Source: Vicugna vicugna (lineage: Eukaryota). Taken from it: DNA of 64,000 nucleotides. Below, one piece after another: positions 24,181 through 37,313 of the stretch (positions are counted from its first letter, which is position 1; the number at the start of each line of letters is the position of its first letter). The position numbers and the translations under genes were made by a program. Location of the stretch: assembly GCA_013265495.1 (NCBI GenBank), contig MU058009.1, forward strand, positions 622,001 to 686,000. The letters run 5' to 3'. The notes beneath the pieces were generated by a model. It did no database searches. It was given only the letters and a program-made list of their open reading frames with translations, and was not told the origin of the DNA.

Positions 24181-25486
24181 GCCTGAGCAGCCCTGGTGGG
24201 TGAGGAGCGCTTTGGGCGTCCAGGTTGGGTGTGACAACCTAACACTTGCCTGGGGCTTTAGTCGCCACAGGTGTCTGGGAAGTCGCAGGGTGACGGGTGA
24301 GGGAAGCTGCGGTCTCAGCGTGAGGTACATCGCTTACTTCTACCCCGAAAGGAGCTGGATTTCCTTCTCCTCGGCTTGGAAAAATCTGGCTCATCCTGTA
24401 AACCTATTACCAGTTGGCAGTCAACGGGTGACCCTTTGGTGATTCCTTCAACCTTGAGCAACTGTCTCAGGGAGGCTGGGACATGGGATGAGAGCTTTGG
24501 AGAAGATGGGGGCAGAGATCCAGGAGGACTGTGGAGCATTCTGAGCAGCCTCGTCGGCGAGGAATTCTGAGCACAGACAACCCCTCCCTCGGTGCCTTAA
24601 GAGAAGGATGAGTTTTGTCACGTGGTCCCGGGCTCTGCGGGAGGCTGGCTGCAAGTCAGATAACAGAATATGGGAGGGAAGGACTGCAGGTTGCCTGACT
24701 TCATAGTCTACAAGTAGATTCTAACAAATCTGGAGATTTGCTCTGGAAAGGCATTTGTCACAGATAATTGTTAACTACGACGCAGGGAAAAATGAAGTGG
24801 GCACATTTTACATTTATTTTCTATGCATAACATTTTCCCCACAGTCACTCCAACTCTTAGGTTAAAATCAGAGGCCAATTCGATTTCAGGTGTTTATTAT
24901 TTCTCTCTTCCTGATTTTTAAGTAGTTTTGAAAACCTTTATTGGCTAGGTGAGTACACAGACGTTCCCACCACTGGTGAGCTGACCTTGGGTGGTTTGCG
25001 TAGTGGGATTCATGAGGATGGGGTGGGATCACCTGGCCTCAAAATACGAGCTTTCAGAGGACAGGCCTCTGTGAACCCAGGACCTGGTAGACAGCCTGAC
25101 ACAGAATGGGCAGTAAAGGGGTTAGAAATAAACGGACACTCAGTGTCCACTGGTATCGCCCCCTTTGCTTGGGGAAATAGAACACACAAGAGGCCAGTGG
25201 GACTGTCCTTGAGAAGCGTTGGGTCCAAGGCTAAAGTGATGGGTGAGAAGCAAAAGGTCTCTGCCTAGATTCAACTGAAAGCACAAAGGCCGTTTATTTC
25301 ACCTGGGTTCCTTAGACTTCTCTTTGTAAGACGAGGGTGTTCTATCAAGTGATATACTCAGTACTTCCAGGCTCCAGTGCTCACTGATCTTCCTTTTCCT
25401 TTGCTTGGTTGAAGAGTATTTGGAGTTTATGAAGAATACTATTTTCTATCTAAATAACTCCCTTGGATCATGAAAGATACTGCCTG

Positions 25487-25590
25487 CTCTTCTTTTCTTT
25501 CTTTCTTTTCTTTCTTTCTTTTCTTTCTTTCTTTATTTCTTTCTTCCTTCCTTCCTTCCTTCCTTTCTTCCTTTCTCCCTTTCTCCCTTT
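25487..25590. repeat. Polypyrimidine (TTTC/TTCC) microsatellite
   Basis: Directly visible, one A interruption. Confidence 0.95.
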
Positions 25591-25774
25591 GTGTAAGGTA
25601 CCACTTACTGGAGAAGCCAACTGTGATAACTTCCTGCTTTTAAGGTCATTTTGAGGAAAAACTGAGGAAATACACATAAAGTACTTATCAGAATGCCTGG
25701 CTCATAAAAATTCTCAAAAATAGTAGATACAGTGGTGGTCATAGTAGTCACACCACTCTTTGTTATACACAGTT

Positions 25775-26040
25775 TAGTTCAATGAACATTTAAGAATATC
25801 TGCTAGGTACTGTCTTAATCCCTAAAGAAACATGTGACCTAGTAAAGAATGTGGACGTGCAAATAATTCATTAGACTATAGAACAATACGTGCAAACAGA
25901 GAAATATGAAAAAAGTGGGGAAGTAGTATAGGGAAGGGAACACTTAAAATGAATGACAAAGTCTGAAAAGGGTTTTAAAGGATGAATAGGAGTTTACCAT
26001 ACGGACAAGAAATAGGAGGGAAGGGCATGCAGGTGAAGGA
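25775..26040 (-). mobile_element. L2 LINE fragment
   Basis: ttcaatgaacatttaagaatatctgctaggtactg...gggttttaaaggatgaataggagtttacc...gggaagggcatgcagg. Confidence 0.7.
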
Positions 26041-27009
26041 ATTAACCAACATAGTATACATTTATCTCAGGAATTTCCAGAGAATAGATGAGAATCGTTT
26101 TTGAGGATGGAAAGCCTGTCAGCAACCGCATAACATTTCAAACAAATTACTCTGCAGTAAGCAGTCACTCATTGGACATTTCTATTGTCAAGCTCACCCA
26201 TCTGCATTGTACAATTTCTACATTTGTGTCCCCTACAGGATTGTGAGCTCCTTGAATGAAGAGATGTTTCTTACTCTTTTAACCTCTAGTGCCACGTGGT
26301 CAATATTTTTTGAATGAGGGATCAGTTAAAATGAATTCCTAAGAGGAATTCCAGACTTTTCTCTGCATCTGCTTGGCATTTCGGAGGGTTGGGCTCCCCT
26401 CCCGGGGCTGTTCACTGAGGATGCTGAGTGGCTGTTCTCTGCTCCTGAAGAGGAGGAGGCCAGGTTGAGATGCTGCAGCTGCTCTGGGGCGACTGCCCAG
26501 TTAATATCAGGTCATCACTGAATAATGAGGTCTTATGGGGTACCAAAAATGAGTTCACCGAGGGTGGCAATGGGATCATCTTCTCAGTGTTATGTTGTTC
26601 TTGTTTCTTACCGACAAAGGACAATTTTACTGAAAGGGCTGAGTGGGGGACTCACTCTACCTGGAGTGGTCCTGCTAGAAGACGGACCTGGAGGCCTTGC
26701 TGAAAGGGATTTTTTTTCAGTAGGTAAATATGAAGTTGAAACCAAATGGCCTTAGGGACCAGCTTTGACAGCGGGTGCCTTGCAGAGCCCAAGGGGAGAT
26801 GCAGGCGGGGAGTCCTCTGCTTTGCATCTCAGGCAGAAGTCCGTCTGAGCGACTTCTCTCACATGTCACCCTGGACAGTGGGAATTTGAGAGGCTGCTCT
26901 TCCCACCCGATGGGGAAGGCTTCTGTGCTCTGGAGAAGGTCCCCCAGGACGCTCGTGGGTCTAAGTGTCTGGAGGGCAGCAGGGAAGCAGGTCTCCATTG
27001 CCCCTTACC

Positions 27010-27086
27010 CACTGTTAAGTCTCCAGTCCCGGCTCAGTGCCTGGTACAGAATAGGTGCTCCCTAAATGTTCATTGGACTGAATGAA
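27010..27086 (+). mobile_element. L2 3' tail
   Basis: cagtgcctggtacagaataggtgctccctaaatgttcattggactgaatgaat. Confidence 0.8.
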
Positions 27087-27089
27087 TAT

Positions 27090-27205
27090 AAACAACAATT
27101 AACACTTGTAGCCAGCTTCCACCGTGCCAGACACCGTTTTCAGGGCTTTGAGTATATTCGTTCATTTCATCTTCACAACAGACCTATGAGGTAGGTGCTA
27201 TTTTG
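27090..27205 (-). mobile_element. MIR SINE 3' part
   Basis: gtgccagacaccgtttt...ttcatttcatcttcacaacagacctatgaggtaggtgctatt. Confidence 0.85.
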
Positions 27206-28629
27206 AATTAATGCCAATGAGGTGATGGTCGATGAAGCAATCACAGCATCTGAGCGCAGCTACGGTGCCGCTGCCTGCAACCTGGGGCTTTCTCTCTGCG
27301 TGAATCAAGGGCAGCCTGCGGTGGAGACGACATCTTCGTGGCCACTCCCTGCCCCTAACCACTTGGTAGGTAGAGAGGGTTATGCAATGGCTCTGGGTGA
27401 TCTGGGGCCAGACAGAGAAAAGTTTGTGACAGCCATTCACACAGCTGCAGCAAAAGCCAGGCAAGTCTCAAGCTCCCTGTGACACATGATCACATCGATG
27501 GTAAACACGCTCTTTTCCTTGAAAGCAAAGCCTTCTCTGAGCCGAGCCGTGGGGCTGAGCGTGCGCTGAGCCTCTGGGGAAGGCAGGTCACCCTCGACAG
27601 TTAATGCAAACACAGCTGTGATCCCCAGTGGAGACTGGTCTCTTAGCAGCGATTGCTGGGCCAGCAGCCGATCAGCCTCTTGTAGTGTAGCTGATGGGAG
27701 GCTGTCAGTTCTCTTAAGTAGCTGCTCCTCCAGGACCAAGTCCTCACTAGACCAGGGGGCCAGAGATGGACTGGCCTCTGAGCAGGGTGCTGAGAGAATA
27801 TGCAGGCGTGGTTCTTGCACCTGCTTCCTTGTCCCCCGGGAGACCTACGGCGCTCAGGGAGGCTCGAACCGTCTTTGTTTGGCACGAATGTTTTCTCCCT
27901 GTGGCTGACCTTACTACCATAACCTCACCTTGGCGGCGAGCAGAAAAGCACTGACAGGTTTGGATGATGCACAGCCAAGGAGGGAAGCAGAGGTGTGTGT
28001 CACCCGAGAGAGGGCCACACAAGGCCTGTGTTGACTTGGGAATGCATTAGCTGTCTTATTTCCCACATGTGGCACAGAAATTTGGAAACGGGTAGGACCA
28101 TAGAGATCATTTATCCCCAAATTCTTATTTTATGATGGAGAAAGGAAGGGCTGGAAAGGAACTGACATGATAATGTTTCATTAGGTGGTAGCTGACTCCC
28201 AGTCCTTTGCTCATTCCATTAAACTATTACATTTTCCAGACATAAACAAACGTGTCTTCAGCAAACTTAACTCGGAATCACTGCCCCGGATGATTAGGGT
28301 GAAGCAGATCCCCCAGATTCTTCAGCTGGAAGGCCCAGGAAGTCTGCGTTGCCCTTGCACCAGAAACGGGTCTGCCGTCTGGGCCGGGTCTGGCCAGGGA
28401 GTGGTGTCTCTGGTCCGCAGGGCCCTGGGTGGCGCAGAGGTTTGGGCAGGGCTTTGGAGCTGGCTAAGCCCAGGTTGTGCTGTCTCCTTACCTTGCTCGT
28501 GACTTTGGGTGAGTGAGTTCACTTTTCTGAGCCTCAGTCTTTTCTTTTGAAGAAGTCCAGGACAGGGGCCGTGGTTGTCCACGCCGGTCACTTTCTGCAC
28601 AAGGTGATGAGCTGCGTTGTCTCTGTACA

Positions 28630-28730
28630 GTGTCTTCCTTCATCCTCACAAAATGTTTCAATGAGGCAGGTGTTATTATCACCTCCTTTTTACAGAAAGA
28701 GGAGAGCCTGAGGTTTAGGGAACTCAAGCA
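28630..28730 (-). mobile_element. MIR SINE fragment
   Basis: tgaggcaggtgttattatcacctcctttttacagaaagaggagagcctgagg. Confidence 0.75.
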
Positions 28731-28759
28731 TCAGAGTCAGGCCTTTATTTTAACTTGGA

Positions 28760-29245
28760 GGTTCTCCTTTGAGGCAGTAGGCACTGTCATCCTGGGATGA
28801 ACTGTCCCCAGAGGGACAGTCAGGTGAACAAAGGGTTACAACCCAGTGTGATCTTCAGGCCCTTTGGGATTTGGGAAGGAGCTCCTATCCCAGAGTGGAA
28901 GCCCCGGGACGGCTTCCAGGAGTAGGTGACGCCTTTGGTGACCTGCAGGAGGAGGAGCAATCACTTGGGGCAGAAGTGAGATATTGATGTCCACATTTCA
29001 GGTACTCTGGAGAGATGAAATGGCTTTCCACCTGGGGGTGCAGACCAGCTGAGCATGGTTTGAGGCCCTAGAAAAAGCTGTGAGTGACCAGGGGTGGGGG
29101 TGTCAGGGGAGTGAGCCAGCCAGCCAGTGTGTGACAAAGTACCACACACACTGTGTTAAGGAAGGATCTGGACCCTAAAGCATTGGGCACCCATGGGGAC
29201 TCTTATGGACATCATCTGATTTGAGTTTTAGAAAGATCATTGCCT
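28760..29245 (-). mobile_element. L2 LINE fragment
   Basis: ggacggcttccaggagtaggtgacgcct...catctgatttgagttttagaaagatcatt. Confidence 0.65.
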
Positions 29246-30189
29246 ACCCCCCAAGATTTCTTCAGGAATAGTCACAGCCTAACCACAAACGTGTTTCAGA
29301 TTATGGAGGAGCGTGAAGCCCGAATAACACGCAGGCAGCTAATTAACAGTGTTTCCCAAACTCCCTTCCAGGATGTTTCTACCTGAGACCTCCCATCCCA
29401 TCCATTCCCGGTCTCATCACTGACTGAAGTCTGAGCACCACTCTAGAAGCCCCAGGTTGGAATGGGGATGAGCAGGAAGATGGGAAACCACATGGTGGAC
29501 CTTTCCATCTCCATGGCTCTCCCACTGCTGGATTAGGGAGCCTGAACATCCTGAGTGACCCCTCACATCGGGGCTCTTATCCATCCAATGGGGGGCAGCC
29601 CCGCTGGCATACTTGCAGGTGCGCCGGCATCTCTGCTTAGTTTAGTTCTCATTCTTTTAAAAATATATTTTTGTATGGTTGCCTCGCAGTGTTCAGGTAA
29701 TGGGTGCATTTTTAATAAACCCACTGAGTAAATAACAGTTTTTTCTCCCCAGGAAATCCAGAGGGACCAGAGTCCTGCAGCTTTGAAAACAGCGAGAGCA
29801 GGATTGGGACTCAGAGACCTTCGCAAGCTGACTCTCTGATTGACTCTCTTCAGCTGGTGGAGACTCAGCTGTACCCAGACACTTGCATGAGTTAGCTGGG
29901 AGGGAGCTGCGATGGGGACGCCTTTTCCCAGACTCCTGTGGGCTCACACGCTGCCAGCTAACCCCCTCTAGTGTTGATGAAAATGGATTATTTGCAGCTG
30001 TGAGAACAGAACCTGTCGGCTTGGGTGGCGAGACTCTCAGTGGGTTCCCCACCCCACCTGCACTCCCTGCGTCTCAGGTACACAGGAGCAAGATCGGAAG
30101 TTCAGGGTGTCTTCATTTTGTGTCCTCTGCTGCCCTGATGGCTTCCCGGTACACAAGGTCTCCCTCTCCTACGCTATGCAGCTCCGTGT

Positions 30190-30500
30190 TGCTAGTCCTC
30201 AGGCTGCACCGCCGTGCACGCACCCTGTCCTTTGTCCCTGATGCTCTTTCTGTCCAGAATGCCCTCCCCACTTCCACTCCAGTTCCTGAGTTCCAGATCA
30301 AGTTTCGCCTCCTCTTTGCCCCCAGCTAGGGTAAGCTCCCCTTCCCTTGACATCCTGCCGCATTCAGCGCACCAACATCGTACACCTGGGACCCGCCACC
30401 TTGTGCTTTTAGTCTGCTGTTTCATGGCTGCGTTAACTCTTCCAGGGCGGGCTGTTGCCCGGTGTCCTGCCCATAGCAGATGCCCAGGCTCATTTGTCCC
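30190..30500 (+). mobile_element. L2 LINE fragment (GC-enriched)
   Basis: cctttgtccctgatgctctttctgtccagaatgccctcccc...tgtcctgcccatagcagatgccca. Confidence 0.6.
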
Positions 30501-31469
30501 GCAGCGCTGACAGCCTGCAGCAACCTTCACGTAAAAGCTGTCACAAGTAGACACAAAGTAGTCTCTCTTACCTGCACCACCCCGCCTTGTTGTCCTTTGT
30601 CACCCAAACCTGAAACTTCTCTGCAGCTTTCCAGAAAATTCTGAGTTACCCGCATGGTCAAACCACGGTGAACTCTATGGCTTGATCTAAAGAATCCCAG
30701 CCTCGTTCCACACCTGTTTTCAGTCGCGAGGAGCGTGCAGCTTCAAGGGCAACGGAAGGATGGTGAGTGTCTTTAGAGCTAGGTCTCAGGGTCATGTATT
30801 GTTTTATGCTGTGCCCGTCCTCACTCTTTCTGAGAAATAAAACAAGGAAACAAAGATAACAGCATACAGAAACTCTCCAGGCCCGGCCGCTCAGGAGAGG
30901 GTTTGGCTCCGTTTCACAGATGCGCGCAACCAGGACCCGACTGCGTTTTGGGAGACATCCCTGGGACTCTACGGAAGTCAGGAGGCTCAGCTTCGGAATG
31001 AGCCCGGCCGTCCCCAGGACTTAGTGGACCCTGAACTTTCCCCATCCTATTTTGCTAATGGAAGTTGGTTCATTCAAAGTCATTAACAGCAACTCCCTGA
31101 AGTGGAGGCTTTTCTGAGGTGGGGATTATAGTCTTGAGTTTCTAATGAGCCCTAAAGGAGCCCTTCTTCTTGGTAAGGCCCTTCCAGAACTCTCCATTCA
31201 AACCTCTGCAAAAGCCACCAGACATAGCAAGGGAAGCGGGCCTAAGCATGCTTCCTTGGAGCCTTTTGCCAGATAAATGCCCTCTCTCCCTCGCTCCTGC
31301 CTTCTGCGTACAGCCTCTCCTCCACCTGAGCCCCCTCTAATTCTGCCTTCCCAGATTTAACAATGTCCCTTCGGACCCTCCTCTCAGAGACCAGGAGTCA
31401 ATTAAGGGGATGGCGCAGGGTCCCACCGCCTGCGGAACCCCCTCGGCTGAATCCCCAAGAAAGCTCAGC

Positions 31470-31880
31470 GGCTGATGGGGAAGTGATTTATAATCCCAAA
31501 CACAATTTCTTTCACTGTTGGTTCCAGTTTCCTGCATCACAAATCGCTCTGCATATTAGCATCACATTGATGACATTCAAAACAGGTGCAACTGCCTATG
31601 GACCAGCTGCTGAGAACCACGGAAAGCTCCGAGCCGAGACCCCGGGTGTGTGAGCCCTCCCTCTGATAAGCTTCAGAGCAGGTAAAATCATCATTAAAAG
31701 CAAATTGACTTGTACGTACGTGCAAGATTCCAGCCACTGCATCTAACCACAAAGGAGAGTGAGGCAGCGGCGGCCAAGAGAATCTTCTTTGAAAATGTAC
31801 TCAACAGAACAGCAGACAAGAAATTGCCATCTCAGGAGAGTGGCATGACACAGCTGTAACATGCCAAGAGATCAGACTGT
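31470..31880. promoter_or_regulatory. Candidate conserved non-coding element
   Basis: Repeat-free; TGATTTAT (PBX-HOX-like), TGACA, CTGATAAG, CAGCTG/CAGGTG motifs. Confidence 0.4.
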
Positions 31881-32269
31881 TTGCATTCTCCTGAATCGGG
31901 GGTCGCAGCCTGGAGCCGGTGCCTCGGAGGCAGCGTGGCTCAGAGGTCCAGGGAGAGGCGGGGTGTGAGGTTCTCCTGTAGGAAAAAGGGGTAAGAACTG
32001 GGGGGAAATAGTACACAAAGAAGCCCTGAGACATCAGACTTGGAGCCACATAGCTAACATCGGACCCCAGTATTTCACCGCTTGTGCTGTTGGACCCTGG
32101 GGGGTTAAGATTCTTTTGGACTCTTTTTGGAGATTTCTTCCACTTAAAATAAAATGACCTACAATTTCACAAAACCAGGCTAGACCTCAGGAACAGGGTG
32201 AAACTTCACGTGGTCCTGGGTGTGACGTCCCCCTGCAATTCAGATCCCGGCTTTAACCCCTGAACTGTC

Positions 32270-32475
32270 ACTTACTCAGTACCTAACCTATGCCAGGTGC
32301 CAAGGGCATCACTGAATCCTTGCCACGCTCGTATTTGGCAGGATATATGTTATTCCTCTAGGAACGATGTAACCGAGGACTAGGACAATTATCACCTAGC
32401 CCAGATCAGACAGCTTGTAAGAGGCAAAATCAGGATCTGAACACAAGCTGCCAACTCTCCAATCAAAGGGCTTAA
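32270..32475 (-). mobile_element. MIR SINE
   Basis: cacttactcagtacctaacctatgccaggtgc...cagcttgtaagaggcaaaatcaggatctgaacaca. Confidence 0.65.
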
Positions 32476-33939
32476 CCCTCTTTTTTGTTTTCTTTTTCAG
32501 AATAATGTGTAATTTATTTCGGAGCCAGAACAAAGCACAAAACCAGGGCGTGGACAGATCCTCCTTCATAATCCCTTACTTTCTCTTTCCTGTGTGTAAA
32601 CAAATGATGCTGTGAAAATGATGGGAAGAAAATAGACGTTCTCTTATAAGCAGATTCTTTTCAAATTTTAACAGCTTTATGGAGGCGTGATTGACAACTA
32701 GTAAAGGGGGCGCTTGTAAAGCAATGTGTAAAACATGGGGGTAACCGTCCTGCAATGAGAGCACCACCCTGCTGGGCCCACAGCCAGCTGATCAGCCACC
32801 CTCACACCTTCTCTGCCACCTGTGCTGTCCCTGCCCGCGGTGAGGAAGGGGGCTGGCACAGGGCACCTGTGGAACTGAAGCCCCGGAGTCTGGGAACCGA
32901 CCTGGTTCTTAGCTCTCTGTTGAGTGATTCCTGGCTGCCGTCCCGTCCTCCTTGGTGGACTGTGGAGTCTCAGGTGTAGGAAGGACTGCAGGGATCACCT
33001 GGTCCAGGCCCTTTATCTCACAGATGAGTACGTCAAGGCCCAGAGAGAGAAAGAGAATGGTAACCTAGCTCTGCTGACTTGAGGCTGCACATCTTAGATG
33101 ACAGCCCCCCTCATATGTTGACCCTGCAAAACTTTGCCCTGGTTCTTTCTCTGGTGGGTGTGGACGGCTGGGGAAAGGTGTCACTTCTCTTCAAGAGAAG
33201 AGGACCTGGGTTGGGTCCTGGGGTCCTCCAGACTGGCCCTGGGAGTGACAGAGCACAGCCAGCCTGGTAGGGGCTGGGGCTGGGGCCTCAGCATGGTTCC
33301 TGCAGGCAGAGAGAGCCGTGGAAGGATGGGTCTCAGGAAATGAAGAAGCCAGGTCCTCCCCACACAGCCGGGCACTGAGCGAACTGGGGAGAACCGGGCT
33401 CAGTCGGTCGATATCTGCTTTCGAGCTCACTAGATGCACCGGGCCGAGGGGCATCCTGCCACCAGGTCAGTGAGACACAGACATGAGCTGCGGAGAGAAT
33501 CAGAGACGTCACTGTGTGTGCAAGGAGGCAAGGCGTCCAGACATAAGAAACGGATAATGCGTTGGTGGGGAGTGCCTGGCACTGAGTGCTTTGCGTGACC
33601 ACGGTAGGGAGGGAGCCTCCCCAGGGCGGCATCACAGAGGAGGATCTCCGAGGGGGCAGCATCCCCATGGTCAGAAAGAAAGGCTGAGGGTGTGGTGCTC
33701 TCTGACACCTCATTCCACAGCTGTCGCTAGCGGACTCCAGCGTGATCCCGACCCCACTCCCTCGCTGCCGTACCAAGACTTGCACTGCACGCCCTGGTGT
33801 TGCTGGATCGACTGCCCGTTCCTGCTGTGTCTCTGAGCGCCATCCTGATAGTCACCTTGTCCTGTGGGCCTTTAGAAGGCTCTCTGGCACCCACTACGAC
33901 AGGATGCATACGCCTGTGAGGTAGGCTGGGCGGTATCAG

Positions 33940-34392
33940 TGTAATAGAAAAGAGCAGGTCTGACTCCACGTTAGACCCGTTCCTTTGGCTTGAGCCCCGT
34001 GCTCTGTTTCCTGGGCTGGTCCTGCACGCTTTGTAAAAGAATGTTCCCTGGAGCCCGAGACACACAGGGCAGCCTACTCTCAGGGCTCTGACTGTTAAGG
34101 ATATTAACACCTTTGCATTCATAAAAAGATAGAACATTGCAGAGTAGAAAATAACATTTGTGGGAGGTTTTGCAGGGGACACCGTGACCCGACCCACATG
34201 GGCAGCTGCAAGAACAAAGGGTTCCAACACCAAGAAATTTGCAACAAGCACACACTTCCCCTTTTCAGTATAAAAGAAGCCTGAATTCTGACTTGGGGAA
34301 GATGCTGGCTTTCTGAACAAAGTCATTATTCCTTGCCCCAACACTTACTGGCCTGTTGTGCGGTGAGCAGAACAAGTTTGGACTCAGGAACA
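33940..34392 (+). mobile_element. ERV1-class solo LTR (MER41-like), 453 bp
   Basis: Starts TGTAATAG, ends GGAACA; 4-bp TSD TCAG at 33936-33939 and 34393-34396; TATAAAA at 34269-34275; inserted into an antisense MIR. Confidence 0.9.
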
Positions 34393-35322
34393 TCAGTATT
34401 ATTCATGATAACAGTCCAAGAAGTTAGTTAGGTAGCCTGATCAGTCAAAGATGACGCTGGCTTAAACTCACGTCTTCTGGGTCCCTGCGTGAGATCATAC
34501 CACCTTCTTGCTCCCATCCTCCATGGTGCTGATCATCACCCTTTATCTCATGAGACCCGGAGAAAGCTGTCAGGCTCTCAGGCGACAGTTTAGTCCGAGC
34601 GACAGACAGACTGGGATGGAAATGGGGACCAAGCACGTGCCTCCTTCCTCAGCTGGCCCCACACAAGCGCCCACCAGAAGCCCATTGGACAGACAGTGTC
34701 ACTGGGGAGCAATGAGCGTTATAATCAAGGTGCCAAAGTAGACTGGCTCTTCCAACAACCCCCATATTAATTAGTGTCATTTGAAAAATGGCCTGTTGCA
34801 CATTGGCTTCTCCGGAGCCCCAGTTGGCAACCTGGGAGGCTGGGATGCAGCCTCATTCCTGCAGGCTGAGTCCGCCCTGCTCTTGGAAAAAATGTAATTT
34901 TGTTTCAAAACCTTGGGGAGGTCTCAAGGTCTCCCTGATGAAGAGGAAAACAAAAAGAGAAGATGGCGTACAATGTTCCTTCTCCCTGGTGCCTTGGCCC
35001 CGTGACAGTAATTACACAGATTAGAAGTTGGGTTTAAAAAAATCGGCTTTCTCGGGGTCCCACCTCACTTCCTCGTACCCCGCTGGGCTCCCGTTCACCC
35101 TCCTGACAAACGCAGGCTGCGCCCAGCCCTGGGCTCACCCTGTTCCCCCTACACTGTGTCTCCTCCAGACTCAACCAATTCAGCTCCCAGCTGCCCTGGA
35201 ATCTCTTCCAGACCCTCTTCCCCGGGGGCTGAGTGCGGCACTCTGGGGACTCGCAGACGAGGAGAAGGAGACAGCAGTTCAGGGGCTGAGGGTGGCAGTC
35301 CCAACAGCAGTGGCTACACGGA

Positions 35323-35565
35323 AATAATAAAAATGTGAAAAGCATTTGCCGATGCCGCTGCGCCCGGCCGACTCGGCTCGGAGCGCTCCGCTGTGCTAAC
35401 GTGCTCAGTCCTCACTGTAAATTAGGTTCTCCTATTGCTCTCATTTCAGAAACGAGAAAATTGAGTCACAGAGAAGTTAAGTAATCTGCTCAGTGACCCA
35501 CAGGTGGTCGTGTTGGGGCTGGGGCTGGACCCAGGTGTGACTCTCGAGGCCAGGTTCACGCCCGC
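35323..35565 (-). mobile_element. MIR SINE with GC-converted segment
   Basis: catttcagaaacgagaaaattgagtcacagagaagttaagtaatctgctcagtgacccacag core. Confidence 0.85.
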
Positions 35566-36379
35566 TCATCTGCGTTGGCCCTTTTGAGGGATGCACATAC
35601 CTTACCCCCGTCCCATTTCTGCTCCTATTCTGACCCTACATCAGTTCCCCCAGGGGCCTGTATCCCCATCATCCTGGCCTTCCCCTGTGACCTCCTTCCT
35701 TGACAGGAATCGGCGTTTTAAAACTTTCCTTTTCCAATCTCTGGATACCACCCCCTTTGTTCCTGCTAGAGGCTGACAGGGCAGTGGCTGTCAAGCCACA
35801 CCACTGCCCCCCCTTCCTCACTGGAAGCCCGAGTGTGGGGCGGGGATGGAGGGCTGAGTGGGCGGGAGCCAGGTCACAGTCCTGATACCACTGCATTCTA
35901 CGTTCTGCTTCACGTGAGATATTGTTTATCTTGATACTAAAAGCAAACGTAAAAAAAAATTGCAATAGAGCCCCTATGAATTAACGTAGCCTGGATTATT
36001 AATGTTCATAGTGAGCCCCACCCCCTCCAATAACATTTCCCTTTTAGCAGAGACCTTTCTTTAATGAGTGAGGCCGAATGGAAGCTTTGCTTGTGAATTT
36101 CAGACACCGGGGGGAACCCCACAGCCTGGGGTATTCGTGGTTACGGGGTGTGGGGGGGAATCCTGCAAATTCTCACGTCCGTCCTGAATGGGCAGGAGGA
36201 TGTCGGGGGCGTGGGGTGAACAGCCTCCTTCCTGATCACAAGCTTAGGCCTCTGTTCCTGTCCTGCTTCCCGGGGACTCTGGGTGCGCGTCTGTTTATCT
36301 CTGTCTCTCCTCTGCCCAAAGCAACTTCCTGCAGGCCACCTGAGCTCTGCCTCTCCACCTTGTCAAAGAAGAAAGCTGT

Positions 36380-36735
36380 AACCATGTAATTATGACATCC
36401 TGGGGGTAATTTTAACTATAAGTCGTTATTCTAAAACCACCAGTGCAGTCCCCGTTTTGCCAGCACAAAGAGATGATTCTCACCAGCCTGAACTCACTGT
36501 CAAACATGCCAGGAGAAATAAAAAGGTGCTAATGCAACAGAGCCCAGAAATAGATAATACGATTACAGGCAATGCTTGAGATTCCAGGCTGCAGGGAGGG
36601 GTGGGGGCGCGCAGCCCAGGGCTTGGTTACCAGCGGCACTGTCACACAAAAAGCCCCCGAGGTCACTGATACCGGAACCTTCATTAAGCCAAGTGGATAA
36701 AATTAAAGGGTGTTGGGTGAGGATTTAATTTTTCC
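36380..36735. promoter_or_regulatory. Candidate conserved non-coding element
   Basis: Repeat-free; TAATTA, TGACA/TGTCA (MEIS-like) x3, AGATAA, GATTA motifs. Confidence 0.35.
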
Positions 36736-37313
36736 TGGAGGTCTGCTGTCCCTGAAGGGCGTTTGGGGCTGGCAATGAGGCTGCGGCAGCAGGTCCTGGA
36801 GCGGGGCGGCCGGATTCCGGAGTTCTTTGTCACCGTCTCCTTGAGGCTGCCGAGGGTGAGCTGCGCGGAGCAGGGCCTGCTCAGCGCTGAGCTGCTGTGA
36901 AGTCAGTGACCCCAGTCTCCCTGACCCGAAGCCACGTCCTAGAAACAGCACGGAGGCGTCCAGGTGCCCCTGCTCTGGGAACCAACCACAGCTCAGCCTG
37001 AGCGTGGATGGGGGACACGGGCAGGGAGGACCGTGTCTGGCCAGGGAGCCTCTGGAGGCCACGACAGCCTTGAGGTCAGTCCCCGCAGCCAGTGCCGAGG
37101 CCCGGCGGTGCAGGTGGAGACGTACAAACGGGCCTGGCGTTCAGGGGTCCCCTCCTGCCCCTCCGGGCCCCTCCCTCCCCTCATTCTAGCAGTGCCTTTG
37201 TATCAGCTGGTTGTCACCAGAAATCTAATACATAAATTCCTTTGATGTTAAATGATTCGAGTTTAAAAGTGTTACCCAGCTCTCCCGGGAATGATTCTAG
37301 TTTTAGAACAACA

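Noticed and set aside
29028..29041. CTCF-like CCACCTGGGGGTGC
   Set aside because: Two mismatches at informative positions and located in an L2 fossil; too weak without data
33265..33286. G-quadruplex candidate GGGGCTGGGGCTGGGG
   Set aside because: Only three G-runs of three or more
33727..34344. 205-aa minus-strand ORF
   Set aside because: Antisense reading of the solo LTR; no gag/pol/env similarity
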